A stretch of DNA of 64,000 nucleotides from Candidatus Methylomirabilia bacterium (GTDB lineage: Bacteria > Methylomirabilota > Methylomirabilia > Rokubacteriales > CSP1-6), in contig JBHIBG010000005.1 in the NCBI GenBank assembly GCA_046758965.1, forward strand, positions 1 through 64,000, read 5' to 3'. How positions within the stretch are numbered: the stretch's first letter is position 1; every line of letters begins with the position of its first letter. Below are positions 47,090 through 56,700 of the stretch, piece after piece. Made by a program: the position numbers and the translations under genes. The notes below the pieces were generated by a model that worked only from the letters and a program-made list of their open reading frames with translations, was not told the origin of the DNA and did no database searches.

Positions 47090-47557
47090 ATGAATCGGAG
47101 TCGCGATAGCGAGTTGATGCGAGAGGCGCTGGCCGAGGCCCGCCACGCGCTGGGCGAGCGTGAGGTTCCGATTGGAGCGGTGGTGGTTCTCGACGGGGAG
47201 GTGATCGGGCGGGGGCACAACGCCTCCATCAGGCGGCGGGACCCCACGGCCCATGCCGAGATAGCGGCGCTGCGCGGGGCGGCGGTGGAGCGGGGCAACC
47301 ATCGGTTGGCCGGGTCCACGCTCTACGTGACGGTGGAACCGTGCCCCATGTGTGCGGGGGCGTGCCTTCTGGCGCGGGTGGGGCGCGTGGTGTACGGGGC
47401 GCCGGACCCGAAGGCCGGCTCCGCGGTTTCGCTCTACCGGCTCCTGGAGGATCCCCGGCTGAACCACCAGGCCGAGGTGAGGGGTGGAGTGCTGGCCGAG
47501 GAGTGCGCGGCGCTTCTGCGGGAGTTTTTCAACGATCGAAGGAAGCGAAGGAGATGA
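47090..47557 (+). CDS. tadA: tRNA adenosine(34) deaminase
   Basis: EVPIGAV, DPTAHAE, EPCPMCAGA, DPKAG, LNH. Confidence 0.96.
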   Translation: MNRSRDSELMREALAEARHALGEREVPIGAVVVLDGEVIGRGHNASIRRRDPTAHAEIAALRGAAVERGNHRLAGSTLYVTVEPCPMCAGACLLARVGRVVYGAPDPKAGSAVSLYRLLEDPRLNHQAEVRGGVLAEECAALLREFFNDRRKRRR

Positions 47558-47566
47558 AAGTGGCGC

Positions 47567-47661
47567 GGAGGGGTGGCCGAGCCCGGTTGAAGGCGTCCGA
47601 CTCGAAATCGGATAGGGGCCTAGAAGGTCCCTCGGGGGTTCAAATCCTCTCCCCTCCGCCA
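47567..47661 (+). tRNA. tRNA-Ser(CGA)
   Basis: TCCGA-CT-CGA-AA-TCGGA arm, long variable arm, CCA. Confidence 0.96.
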
Positions 47662-47666
47662 GTACG

Positions 47667-47721
47667 TCGGAGGGGGCCTCCGGGGCCCCCTCCGATTCGG
47701 GGCGTGCGGGCAAAGCCTGCG
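47667..47721. repeat. Bipartite palindromic intergenic repeat (second copy)
   Basis: TCGGAGGGGGCC-TCCG-GGGCCCCCTCCGA plus GCGGGCAAAGCCTGC. Confidence 0.7.
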
Positions 47722-47740
47722 TGGGAACGGATGGCGCTGT

Positions 47741-47833
47741 GGAGAGGTGCGGGAGCGGCTTAACCGGCGCGACTGGAAATCGCGAATACGCCCAAAAGGC
47801 GTATCGAGGGTTCAAATCCCTCCCTCTCCGCCA
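47741..47833 (+). tRNA. tRNA-Ser(GGA)
   Basis: CGCGA-CT-GGA-AA-TCGCG arm, long variable arm, CCA. Confidence 0.96.
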
Positions 47834-47870
47834 CCAACATCGGGCGCGTTGCGAGATGAAGCTATGGCAT

Positions 47871-48141
47871 GGCCGTGCTAGACGGGGAGTTAGCGGTGCC
47901 CTGTAGCCCGCAATCCGCTCAAGCGGGGTTGAATCCCCTCCTGAGGACCTTCCGCGTTGAGTTGAGCCTTGCGGGGCGGCGTTGAAGGTTGGGCCCCACG
48001 CAACAGGATTCGTCAAACCCCGCCAGGCCCGGAAGGGAGCAACGGTAAGGCGATCCTCCTGGGTGCCGTGGGAGTACCTGGCTGGAGCAGGTCCTGCAGG
48101 GAGATCGCAGGGCGGGGGCGTTCGAGGGCGGGTGCACGGCC
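47871..48141 (+). ncRNA. ffs: Large (Alu-domain-containing) bacterial SRP RNA
   Basis: 5' GGCCGTGC pairs with 3' GCACGGCC; Alu-like GGGGAGTTAGCGGTGCCCTGTA..CAATCCGCT; helix-8 core CAGGCCCGGAAGGGAGCA; directly upstream of dnaX. Confidence 0.92.
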
Positions 48142-48229
48142 ATACCTCCGGGAGGGGGGCTTTCCCCCTCCCGCTTTTCCCCGCGAGTCATCATCGGGTG
48201 GAAACAGCCTCGTTGGAGCTTGACCTGAC

Positions 48230-49885
48230 ATGAGCTATCAGGTGCTGGCGAGGAAGTGGCGGCCACAGACGTTCGCGGCTGTGGTGGGGCAGGACCCTAT
48301 CACGCGGACGCTCAGGAATGCGCTGGTCAGTGGGCGCATCGCCCACGCCTATCTCTTCGCCGGGCCGCGTGGGGTGGGGAAGACCACTACCGCGCGACTT
48401 CTCGCCAAGGCCTTGCTCTGCGCTGAGCGGACCGGGCCCGAGCCATGTGGGCAGTGTGAGGCCTGCCACGAGGTGCAGGCGGGGAGTGCGGTCGATGTCA
48501 TCGAGATCGATGCGGCTTCCAACCGCGGCATCGACGAGATCCGGGCGCTCCGCGAGAACGCCCGTTACGCGGCCGCTCGCGGCCGCTCGAAGGTCTACAT
48601 CATCGACGAGGCACATATGCTGACGGAGCCGGCCTTCAATGCTCTCCTCAAGACCCTTGAGGAACCCCCGGCTCACGTGGTGTTCGTCCTGGCTACGACC
48701 GAGGCCAGACGGATACCCCCCACGATCCTCTCCCGCTGCCAGCGGTTCGACTTCAAGCCGATCCCGCCGGAGGCGCTGATGGCGAGCCTCGAGCAGGTCC
48801 TCCGGGAGGAGCAGGTTTCCTTCGACGCCGACGCTCTGCGCATGCTCGCCTTAGCTGCGGAGGGGAGTCTACGCGATGCTCTCTCGCTCCTGGATACGGC
48901 CCTGGCCTATAGCGGGGGCTGGCTCGAAGGGGAGGCTCTGGCCCGGCTTCTCGGCTCCAGCGCCCCGGAACGTGTTCGGGCCTTCGTCGCGGCACTTGTC
49001 GCTCGGAATGGAGCCAACGCCCTGGAGGTCATCGACGCTGCGGTCCGGGAGGGTGAGGATCTGGGGGGGTTCTGCCGGGACGTCGTGGAGGGGGTGCGTC
49101 AGCTTCTCGTTCTCAAGGTGGCTCCTGGGATCGCCGCGGTGGGCCGCCTCGCCCCTGCCGAGACCGAGGGGCTACGCGCCCTCACCGGGGGGGTGGTCGA
49201 GGAAGAGCTGCTCTTTCTGCTTCGGGTCTTTCTCGAGGCCGATGGCGAGCTTCGTCGGTCGCCGCACCCGCGGGTCGAGCTGGAGATCGCTGCCGTCCGA
49301 GGCACACGGCGGCCTGTGCCGGCGAGCATCGAATCGGTCCTCGCCCGGGTTGAGGAGGCCGAGGCCCGTCTGTGGCGCACGGGGGTTCTCGGCGCCTCTC
49401 AGCCCAAGCGCGAGGCCATTCAAGAAAGCCTCCTTCCGGTCGAAGCTCCCCCGCCTGCCCGCTCTCCGGCGCTGGGGCGCCCTCACGCCGATCCCCCACC
49501 ATCACCGTCGGCACCGCCGGAGACGGGGGAAGGGCTCGAGGCGCGGTGGCAGCAAGTGGTGGAAGGCGTCATGCAGCAGAAGCCGACTCTGGGCGCGGTG
49601 CTCCAGCAGTCTCTTCCCGTGGCGCTTCGAGATGGGCAGCTCACTGTGTCCCTGGTCGGGAATCACTTTCATGCCGACCTCCTCGACGATCGCGCCAACC
49701 GTGAACTGATTACCCAGCTGGTCCAGCGCTTGATCCCCGGCGCCACGCGCCTGGATATCTCCGCGGGGGCCAGCGGGGGCATCGGGACGCGGCAGCATCC
49801 CGTTGTCCAAGCCGCGCTCGAGCTCTTCGGTGGGGAGATCGTTGGCGTGCGGCCAAGAACGCCGGAAGGAGGAGCCACATCGTGA
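48230..49885 (+). CDS. dnaX: DNA polymerase III gamma/tau
   Basis: MSYQVLARKWRPQ, GPRGVGKTT, EIDAAS, DEAHML, SRCQ. Confidence 0.97.
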   Translation: MSYQVLARKWRPQTFAAVVGQDPITRTLRNALVSGRIAHAYLFAGPRGVGKTTTARLLAKALLCAERTGPEPCGQCEACHEVQAGSAVDVIEIDAASNRGIDEIRALRENARYAAARGRSKVYIIDEAHMLTEPAFNALLKTLEEPPAHVVFVLATTEARRIPPTILSRCQRFDFKPIPPEALMASLEQVLREEQVSFDADALRMLALAAEGSLRDALSLLDTALAYSGGWLEGEALARLLGSSAPERVRAFVAALVARNGANALEVIDAAVREGEDLGGFCRDVVEGVRQLLVLKVAPGIAAVGRLAPAETEGLRALTGGVVEEELLFLLRVFLEADGELRRSPHPRVELEIAAVRGTRRPVPASIESVLARVEEAEARLWRTGVLGASQPKREAIQESLLPVEAPPPARSPALGRPHADPPPSPSAPPETGEGLEARWQQVVEGVMQQKPTLGAVLQQSLPVALRDGQLTVSLVGNHFHADLLDDRANRELITQLVQRLIPGATRLDISAGASGGIGTRQHPVVQAALELFGGEIVGVRPRTPEGGATS

Positions 49886-50196
49886 AGGGCTTAGGGAATC
49901 TGCTGAAGGAAGCCCAGAAGCTCCAGGCCAAGATCGAGGCGATGCGGGAGGAGGCGGCGAAGAAGAAGGTGGAGGCCACGGCCGGCGGGGGAATGGTCAC
50001 CGTTGAGGCCAATGGCAATGGGGAAATCGTTTCCATCAAGATCGATCCGCAGGTGATCAGCCCGGAGGACCCCCAGATGCTGGAGGATCTGATCCTGGCA
50101 GCCGCGAACGAGGCGCTCCGCAAGGCTCGCGAGATGGTGGCCGGGGAGATGGGGAAGATTGCCGGAGGGTTGAAGATCCCAGGTCTCACGGCATAG
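49882..50196 (+). CDS. ybaB: Nucleoid-associated protein YbaB/EbfC
   Basis: AGGGMVTV, LEDLILAA.NEA; dnaX-recR context. Confidence 0.95.
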   Translation: MKGLGNLLKEAQKLQAKIEAMREEAAKKKVEATAGGGMVTVEANGNGEIVSIKIDPQVISPEDPQMLEDLILAAANEALRKAREMVAGEMGKIAGGLKIPGLTA

Positions 50197-50346
50197 CGCC
50201 ATGCCGATAGCCGTCGCACGACCCACTTCGTGGGTGGCCGCCGGGGAAGGCCTTCGGCCTTTGATCATCTGGCGGTCGTCACCGTTCCTTGAAGTTGACG
50301 CCAATGCTTGGGCGGCCGGCGCGTAAGCAAGGTTAGGGTGCCGGCG

Positions 50347-50946
50347 GTGTCCCATTACCCGGAACCGGTTGCCAGGCTCATTGACGCGTTCCAGAAACTC
50401 CCCGGCATCGGGCCCAAGACAGCCCAGCGGCTCGCCCTCTTTCTCCTGAAGCAGCCTGCCGAGGAGGTTCGACCCCTCGCCGATGCCATCGTCCAGGTCA
50501 AGTCGCGGATCGTTTCGTGCTCGGTCTGCTTCAACATCACCGAGCAAGACCCGTGCCGGATCTGCCGGGATCCGGCGCGCGACGCGCGCCTGCTCTGTGT
50601 GGTCGAGGAGCCAAACGACCTTCTGGCCGTGGAGCGGACGCGTGAGTTCCGCGGCCGCTATCACGTGCTGCTCGGCGCACTCTCACCGCTGGATGGGATC
50701 GGACCGGAAGATCTCAAGGTGCGAGAGCTCCTGGCCCGGTTGGAACGGGAGAAGGCGGAGGAGGTGATCCTGGCTACCAATCCGAATGTGGAGGGCGAGG
50801 CGACCGCCACCTATCTGGCCAAGCTCCTCAAGTCCCTCGGCGTCCGGGTGACGCGGATCGCCCGGGGCCTCCCGGTGGGGGGCGACCTGGAGTACGCGGA
50901 CGAGGTCACCCTCTCCAAGGCGCTGGAGGGGCGGAAGGAGATGTGA
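50347..50946 (+). CDS. recR: Recombination mediator RecR
   Basis: [12 protein letters not shown]4 zinc finger, VEGEATA, DLEYAD. Confidence 0.97.
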   Translation: MSHYPEPVARLIDAFQKLPGIGPKTAQRLALFLLKQPAEEVRPLADAIVQVKSRIVSCSVCFNITEQDPCRICRDPARDARLLCVVEEPNDLLAVERTREFRGRYHVLLGALSPLDGIGPEDLKVRELLARLEREKAEEVILATNPNVEGEATATYLAKLLKSLGVRVTRIARGLPVGGDLEYADEVTLSKALEGRKEM

Positions 50947-50960
50947 TATAAGAATTTTGT

Positions 50961-51036
50961 TCCCCGGTAGCTCAACCGGTAGAGCAGGTGGCTGTTAACC
51001 ACAAGGCTGCAGGTTCGAGTCCTGCCCGGGGAGCCA
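50961..51036 (+). tRNA. tRNA-Asn(GTT)
   Basis: GGTGG-CT-GTT-AA-CCAC arm, CCA. Confidence 0.96.
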
Positions 51037-51301
51037 TTCACCGGAGGTTGGGGCCCTCCCCCGAAGAGTGTGGGGAGTCTTCGCTCCCGCGGCTCATCCG
51101 TGGAGCTCCCCGAATCCCCGGGAACCGTCCTGCCTTCTCCCGCCGGGTCGAGTGGGTGCCGCGGGCCAGCTCCTGCGTGTCGGAACCCCTTGCCTCGGGC
51201 GCGGCGAGCCTCATCGGTGCGCCGGCGAGCCGCGAGCCGGTTCGGCCATTCGTCCCGGCATCCGAGACATACGCGCGTCTGACATAAGGAAGGGGAACGC
51301 C

Positions 51302-52234
51302 ATGATAGGAATCTCCACGCAAGACATCGTGCCATTTCTTCTCGCGACCGGCGCGTCGATTGCGCGGTTCGGAGTGCGTATCGGGCTCGTCGTGTTGGCC
51401 GGGTATATCGGTGTCCGCGTGCTCCGGGCCATGTTTCATCGCATGGAGACCCTGCTCATCAGGGCAGGCGAGGCGACCGAGACGGTCCCCGGGGCCACCA
51501 GAAAGCGCGTGACAACGCTGACAAATCTCGTTCGTACGCTGGCCTTCGTGCTGCTGTGGGCCGTGGTGGTCGTCATTTGCCTGGATCAGCTCGGGTTGGA
51601 CGTGACCCCGCTCATCGCCGGTGCCGGGATCGCTGGCCTGGCCATCGGGTTCGGGGCTCAGAACCTGGTCCGCGACCTCATCAGCGGCTTCTTCCTGGTG
51701 CTGGAAAACCAGGTCCGGGTCGGTGATGTCGCCATCATCAACGGCACGGGCGGCCTCGTGGAAGCCATCACGTTTCGAACGATCGTGTTGCGAGACCTGT
51801 CGGGAGTCGTCCACGTGTTTCCCAATGGCACGATCAGCACTCTGTCCAACATGACGAAAGGGTGGTCGGCCTATGTGCTTGACGTGGGGGTGGCGTACAA
51901 GGAAGACACCGACCACGTCGTTGAGGTCATGCGAAGGGTGGCTGAGGAGCAGAGGCAGGATCCTGCTTACGCACCGCTGATTCTGGAGCCGATCGAGATC
52001 TTTGGGGTCGATAACTTCGGGGAATCCGAGGTCACGATCAAAGCTCGACTCAAGACCCAACCGATCCAGCAGTGGAACGTGGGGCGTGAGTACCGGAGGC
52101 GATTGAAGAAGGCCTTCGACGCCGAGGGCATCGAGATTCCCTTCCCTCACCGTTCCATCTACATGGGGGAGGCGAGCAAGCCCTTTCAGCTCCTCATGAA
52201 GGAAGCGGCCGCGAAGTTGGGGACGGGGGAGTAG
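51302..52234 (+). CDS. Small-conductance mechanosensitive channel (YbiO-like MscS family)
   Basis: AGAGIAGLAIGFGAQNLVRD.ISG, GDV, FPNG, GIEIPFP. Confidence 0.92.
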   Translation: MIGISTQDIVPFLLATGASIARFGVRIGLVVLAGYIGVRVLRAMFHRMETLLIRAGEATETVPGATRKRVTTLTNLVRTLAFVLLWAVVVVICLDQLGLDVTPLIAGAGIAGLAIGFGAQNLVRDLISGFFLVLENQVRVGDVAIINGTGGLVEAITFRTIVLRDLSGVVHVFPNGTISTLSNMTKGWSAYVLDVGVAYKEDTDHVVEVMRRVAEEQRQDPAYAPLILEPIEIFGVDNFGESEVTIKARLKTQPIQQWNVGREYRRRLKKAFDAEGIEIPFPHRSIYMGEASKPFQLLMKEAAAKLGTGE

Positions 52235-52237
52235 CCG

Positions 52238-53062
52238 ATGGGGGAGCCCGACCGCGCCGGTCAGGCTCCGGGCTCCGTCGGGCGGTGCGCCCGCCCGTGG
52301 CTATGCTGGCTGACGGCGTCGCTGGTTGGGTGGGCGGTCCTGGAGGCCGGGGCTGGCGTGGCGTTTCGGGGGTGGCCGGCTGAGAGTGGGGGCTTGCGGC
52401 AGGCGTGGGCGCGCCGGAACCAGGCGGTCGGCTCCAGGCGTGTCCAGCGCGGCTGGCTCGGCTTGGTGGTGCAGGAGGTCACCCCGGCGCTGGCCAGCGC
52501 GCTTGGCTTGCCGGCGGGCCACGGTGTCCTCGTGGTTGACGTGGCAGCCGACAGCCCCGCCGCGCATGCAGGCCTCCAGCGAGGAGACGTGATCGTCCGG
52601 CTCAGCAACAAGCCGGTGAGCCGAAGCGGGGTGTTCCGGAACCTCGTCCTGCGCATCGCTCCGGGGACCAGCGTGCACCTTACAGTGGTTCGCGAAGGGT
52701 ACGAGGAGACCGTGGAGGCGATCATGGGCAAGCTTCCCGCACCATTCGAGGCGACCGTTCGGTTGCCGGAGCATCCGGAGTCGCTGGGGATGGCGATCTC
52801 TGATCTGACTCCGGGGCTGGCCAGGAGGTTCGACCTGCCTGTTACCGCCCGGGGCGCGGTAGTCACCGAGGTGCGGCGGCGCGGCCTCGCTCAAGCAGCA
52901 GGCCTCCGGCCCGGAGACCTGATTCAGGAGGTAAACCGTCAGCCCGTCCGCTCGGCGCGCGATTTCATGCGGGCCGTGGAGCAGGTTCAGGGCGCGGATC
53001 TCCTTCTTTCCGTTGACCGCGGGGGGACGACCGGCTATTTTGTCATCGATCGCGGAGGATAG
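52238..53062 (+). CDS. Tandem PDZ protein (DegP/DegQ-type PDZ1+PDZ2) lacking a protease domain
   Basis: RGWLG..QEVT, SPAAHAGLQRGDVI, AGLRPGDLIQEVN; no GSG/TNxHV/GNSGG. Confidence 0.8.
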   Translation: MGEPDRAGQAPGSVGRCARPWLCWLTASLVGWAVLEAGAGVAFRGWPAESGGLRQAWARRNQAVGSRRVQRGWLGLVVQEVTPALASALGLPAGHGVLVVDVAADSPAAHAGLQRGDVIVRLSNKPVSRSGVFRNLVLRIAPGTSVHLTVVREGYEETVEAIMGKLPAPFEATVRLPEHPESLGMAISDLTPGLARRFDLPVTARGAVVTEVRRRGLAQAAGLRPGDLIQEVNRQPVRSARDFMRAVEQVQGADLLLSVDRGGTTGYFVIDRGG

Positions 53063-53100
53063 AACGGCTCGGTCCCCGGGCTGAGGCCGAGCGGGGCGAG

Positions 53101-53586
53101 TCAGACTCCGGACAACGCCGCGAAGATCCGGCGAGCCAGCTCCTCGTGATCGCGCACGTTGTGGGGGAAGATGCCCGCCTCTTTGACCTCGACCAAGTCG
53201 ATGCTCCTGCACGGCGTGCTCGGGTCGTATAGCCACAGCGGAAACGCCTGGAAGCAGGAACGGCCGGGCTCCGGCCTGTCGGTGACGAAAATGAAGCATA
53301 GGTCGGGCCAGTGGCGCCGAGCCATCTGGAAGGCCGACCGCTCCCCCCGCTGGCTCTCGACCGCGAGGAATTGGTCGATGTGGGGGCGGTACTTCACCGC
53401 TAGGCGGAACTCCTTCGGGGGATCCTCACCTTCCAGTCTCACCTCGAGGTCCGGGGAGAATTCGTTGCGTCCGAACCGGAAGCTCGGCAGCTCTCGCCGG
53501 TACTGAGAGACCTGATACCGCGCTCGCCGGAAGATGGACTCAACCATGGCTTTGGAGATCCGATTCTTGGCTTCGAAGACGTCCAT
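53101..53586 (-). CDS. Hypothetical protein, possibly PD-(D/E)xK nuclease fold
   Basis: VESIF..SPDLEV..RLAVKYR; ATG with AGG upstream. Confidence 0.55.
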   Translation of the reverse strand: MDVFEAKNRISKAMVESIFRRARYQVSQYRRELPSFRFGRNEFSPDLEVRLEGEDPPKEFRLAVKYRPHIDQFLAVESQRGERSAFQMARRHWPDLCFIFVTDRPEPGRSCFQAFPLWLYDPSTPCRSIDLVEVKEAGIFPHNVRDHEELARRIFAALSGV

Positions 53587-53754
53587 CCTACTTCACGCTA
53601 CACCCCTGGCACTTCTCAATCAAACAGTTCTATCAGATCCGTGCCGCGGCGCAGCGGAGAACGCCGCTCAAGGCAGAACCACGGGAGGTCGGCTCCTGGC
53701 AGGGCACGCCTGGCGAGCCCGTGATATAATCGTTCCTCACGGAAGGAGGCGGCC

Positions 53755-55227
53755 ATGGTCACCCTGGTCGAGTCCAAAAAGAAAGCCCTCCGTCGTGAGC
53801 TGGAGGGGATAGCAGGGAAGTCGGCGGTCCTCTCCGATCCCGACGAGCTCGTGGTCTACGAGTCCGACGGCCTCACCCTCCTCCGGGCGCTGGCGGACTT
53901 CGTGATCTTTCCGACATCAGCCGAGCAGATCTCAGCGCTGGTGAAGCTGGCCAACCGAGAGAGCCTCCCGTTCGTAGCCCGGGGTGCCGGCACGGGGCTG
54001 TCGGGCGGGTGTCTCCCGAGCGAGGGCGGGCTGGTCATCGCGCTCACCCGGATGAACCGGATCCTGGAGGTGGACTACGACAACGAGCTGGCAGTGGTGG
54101 AGCCCGGCCTGGTAAACCTCCACCTGTCGTGGGCCGTGGGTCCCCGCGGGTACTACTATGCGCCAGACCCCTCGAGCCAGCAGGCCTGCACGATCGGCGG
54201 GAACATCGCCAACAACTCCGGCGGCCCCCACACGCTCAAGTACGGGGTGACCACCAATCACGTTCTGGGGGCTGAGGTAGTGCTGCCTGATGGTGAGATC
54301 GTCTGGCTTGGAGGAGCGTGCCGGGATCCGCAGGGGTATGATCTCATCGGAGTCTTCGTCGGCTCCGAAGGAACGTTCGGGATCGCGACCAAGATCGTGG
54401 TCCGCATTCTCAAGAAACCCGAAGCGGTGAAGACCATCCTGGCGGTTTTCAACGAGGTGGACCAAGCTTCTGCGGCTGTCTCCGCCATCATCGCGCGAGG
54501 GCTCGTGCCAGCGGCGCTCGAGATGATCGATCAGGTGACGATCCAGGCCGTCGAGGATGCCTTCGCCTGCGGCTACCCGCGGGATGCCGCGGCCGCGCTC
54601 CTCATCGAGCTCGATGGGCTGGCTGTAGGGATCGAGGCCCAGGCCGAAGGTGTGGTGGCGGCCTGCCGGGCGTGTGGGGCTCGGGAGGTGCGGCTGGCCA
54701 GTGACGAGGCTGAGCGGCAGCGCCTCTGGAAGGGGCGGAAGTCCGCTTTCGGGGCCTATGGCCAGGTCTCCCCAGCCTATCTGGTCATGGACGGGGTGAT
54801 CCCACGGACCAAGCTCCCGCACGTGCTGCGGCGTGTAAACGAGATCGTGGCGGCTGCGGAGCTCAGGGTGGGGAATGTCTTCCACGCCGGAGACGGGAAC
54901 CTTCATCCCAACATCCTCTACGATCCTCGCCGCCCCGGGGAGGAAGAGCGCGTCGTCCAGGTGGGAGCCGAGATCCTCAAGCTCTGCGCTGAGGTGGGCG
55001 GCTCGATCTCTGGCGAGCATGGCATCGGTCTGGAGAAGATGGATTACATGCCGTTTATCTTCTCCCCTCAGGATCTGGCCACGATGCACCGGCTCAAGGA
55101 GTCCTTCAACCCCCGCGGCCTCTGCAATCCAGGGAAAGTGCTTCCGACCCGGAAGGCTTGCGTCGAGGCGGAACCCGCTTACCGGCCGCATCCGATTGAG
55201 GAGAAGGGCCTCGCCCAGCGCTTCTAG
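53755..55227 (+). CDS. glcD: Glycolate/D-2-hydroxyacid oxidase FAD subunit
   Basis: RGAGTGLSGG, PDPSS, GSEGTFG, HAGDGNLH, GEHGIG. Confidence 0.92.
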   Translation: MVTLVESKKKALRRELEGIAGKSAVLSDPDELVVYESDGLTLLRALADFVIFPTSAEQISALVKLANRESLPFVARGAGTGLSGGCLPSEGGLVIALTRMNRILEVDYDNELAVVEPGLVNLHLSWAVGPRGYYYAPDPSSQQACTIGGNIANNSGGPHTLKYGVTTNHVLGAEVVLPDGEIVWLGGACRDPQGYDLIGVFVGSEGTFGIATKIVVRILKKPEAVKTILAVFNEVDQASAAVSAIIARGLVPAALEMIDQVTIQAVEDAFACGYPRDAAAALLIELDGLAVGIEAQAEGVVAACRACGAREVRLASDEAERQRLWKGRKSAFGAYGQVSPAYLVMDGVIPRTKLPHVLRRVNEIVAAAELRVGNVFHAGDGNLHPNILYDPRRPGEEERVVQVGAEILKLCAEVGGSISGEHGIGLEKMDYMPFIFSPQDLATMHRLKESFNPRGLCNPGKVLPTRKACVEAEPAYRPHPIEEKGLAQRF

Positions 55228-55261
55228 CGTGGGGCGCTGCCGCCTGGCCGCCCGAGGGCCC

Positions 55262-56596
55262 GTGGAACAAGCGCTTATCGAGAAGGTTAGGGGGATCGTA
55301 GGCTCCGAGCACGTGCTGACCGGCGTCGACCTCTCCCCGTACGTCCTCGAGGGGCGCACCCCGGAGGTGGCCGCCTTCCCCGGCTCGGTGGAAGAGGTGA
55401 GCGAGCTGTTGGTCCTGGCTTCGGAGGCCGGGATCTCCGTGATTCCATGGGGTGGCGGGACCAAGATTGAGGTTGGCGCGCCGCCTAGTGCGCTGGGGCT
55501 GGTGCTTGGAGTCAAGCGCCTGAACCGTCTTCTCGAGCATGAGCCTGGGGATCTGACGGCGACGGTCGAGGTCGGGATGACGCTGGAGGAGCTTCAGGCG
55601 AGGCTGGGGCAGCAGGGGCAGTGGCTCTCGCTTGATCCGGCCTTTGGCAACCGGGCCACGATCGGGGGCATTCTCGCAGCCAACGCTTCGGGCCCGCGGC
55701 GCCACCTTTACGGCACTGCGCGTGATCTCCTGATCGGGATCACGGTGGTTGCGGCGGATGGCTCGGTGGTTCGCGGGGGCGGGAAGGTCGTCAAGAACGT
55801 GGCAGGTTACGACCTTCCCAAGCTTTACATCGGCTCCTTCGGAACGCTCGGGGTGATTGTGCAGGCGACGTTCAAGCTGAGGCCTCTGCCCGATGATGAT
55901 CGGCTCTTCCTCGCATGCTTCGACCGCCTCAAGGAGTGTGGCCTCGCGCTCAGGGCCCTCATGGCCTCCGACTTGATTCCCTCGGCGGTGGAGTTGTTGG
56001 ACGCCGAAGTCCTGCGGGCCGCGGGACTGGCGGGGGGCGGGGGCGAAGGCGGCGCGCTGGTCGTCGGCTTCGATGGGCTGACGGAGCAGGTCGCGTGGCA
56101 GTGCGAGGAGGCCCGGCGGCTTTTCTCCACGTGCGGGCTGGTGGGTCACCGAATCCTGCAGGGCCCAGAGCGGGAGCAAGCCTGGCGCGCCCTGCGCGAG
56201 CTTCGGGGGGGAGCTATGGCCGACCCTCTCGCGAGGATGAGATTCGGCGTCCTTCCGATGCAGGTGGCCGAGGTTGTCGAGCAGACGGGAAGTGTGGCTC
56301 AAACCTATGGGCTCCGGGCCGCCTGCTGTGCCCATGCGGGCGTGGGAGTTATCAGAGCCGTCTTGGGTGGCAGCGCGGACTCGGTGGCGTCGGTCGTCGC
56401 CGCGCTGCGGGAGTGGCGGGAAGTGGCGCGCGCGGCAGGGGGCCACGCGCTCCTGGAGTGGGCACCGCTGGGGATCAAGGAAGCGGTGGCTGCATGGGAT
56501 CCGCCAGGCCCTGCCTTCCGGATCATGGAGCGGATCAAGGCCAAGCTCGACCCGAAAGGCATTCTGAACCCTGGTCGTTACGTCGGAGGGATCTAG
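55262..56596 (+). CDS. glcE: Glycolate oxidase FAD-binding subunit
   Basis: GGGTK, GGKVVKNVAGYDL.KL.IGS.GTLG, DPKGILNPG. Confidence 0.9.
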   Translation: MEQALIEKVRGIVGSEHVLTGVDLSPYVLEGRTPEVAAFPGSVEEVSELLVLASEAGISVIPWGGGTKIEVGAPPSALGLVLGVKRLNRLLEHEPGDLTATVEVGMTLEELQARLGQQGQWLSLDPAFGNRATIGGILAANASGPRRHLYGTARDLLIGITVVAADGSVVRGGGKVVKNVAGYDLPKLYIGSFGTLGVIVQATFKLRPLPDDDRLFLACFDRLKECGLALRALMASDLIPSAVELLDAEVLRAAGLAGGGGEGGALVVGFDGLTEQVAWQCEEARRLFSTCGLVGHRILQGPEREQAWRALRELRGGAMADPLARMRFGVLPMQVAEVVEQTGSVAQTYGLRAACCAHAGVGVIRAVLGGSADSVASVVAALREWREVARAAGGHALLEWAPLGIKEAVAAWDPPGPAFRIMERIKAKLDPKGILNPGRYVGGI

Positions 56597-56700
56597 CCGC
56601 CGCCAGGGCTCTGTTCGCCCCGGCCGGCAAGGTGGGCGGCGGACTCCGGCCGGCGCCATCCAAAGGCTCGCTGAACGCTTTCGGGACCGAAGGACCTCAG

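Noticed and set aside
47024..48266. ORFs overlapping the tRNA/SRP cluster (e.g. 47072-48016 minus, 47919-48266 minus)
   Set aside because: They overlap structured RNA genes and tadA and have no protein motifs.
48230..49885. Programmed frameshift in dnaX
   Set aside because: No A-AAA-AAG or long poly-A slippery site was seen.
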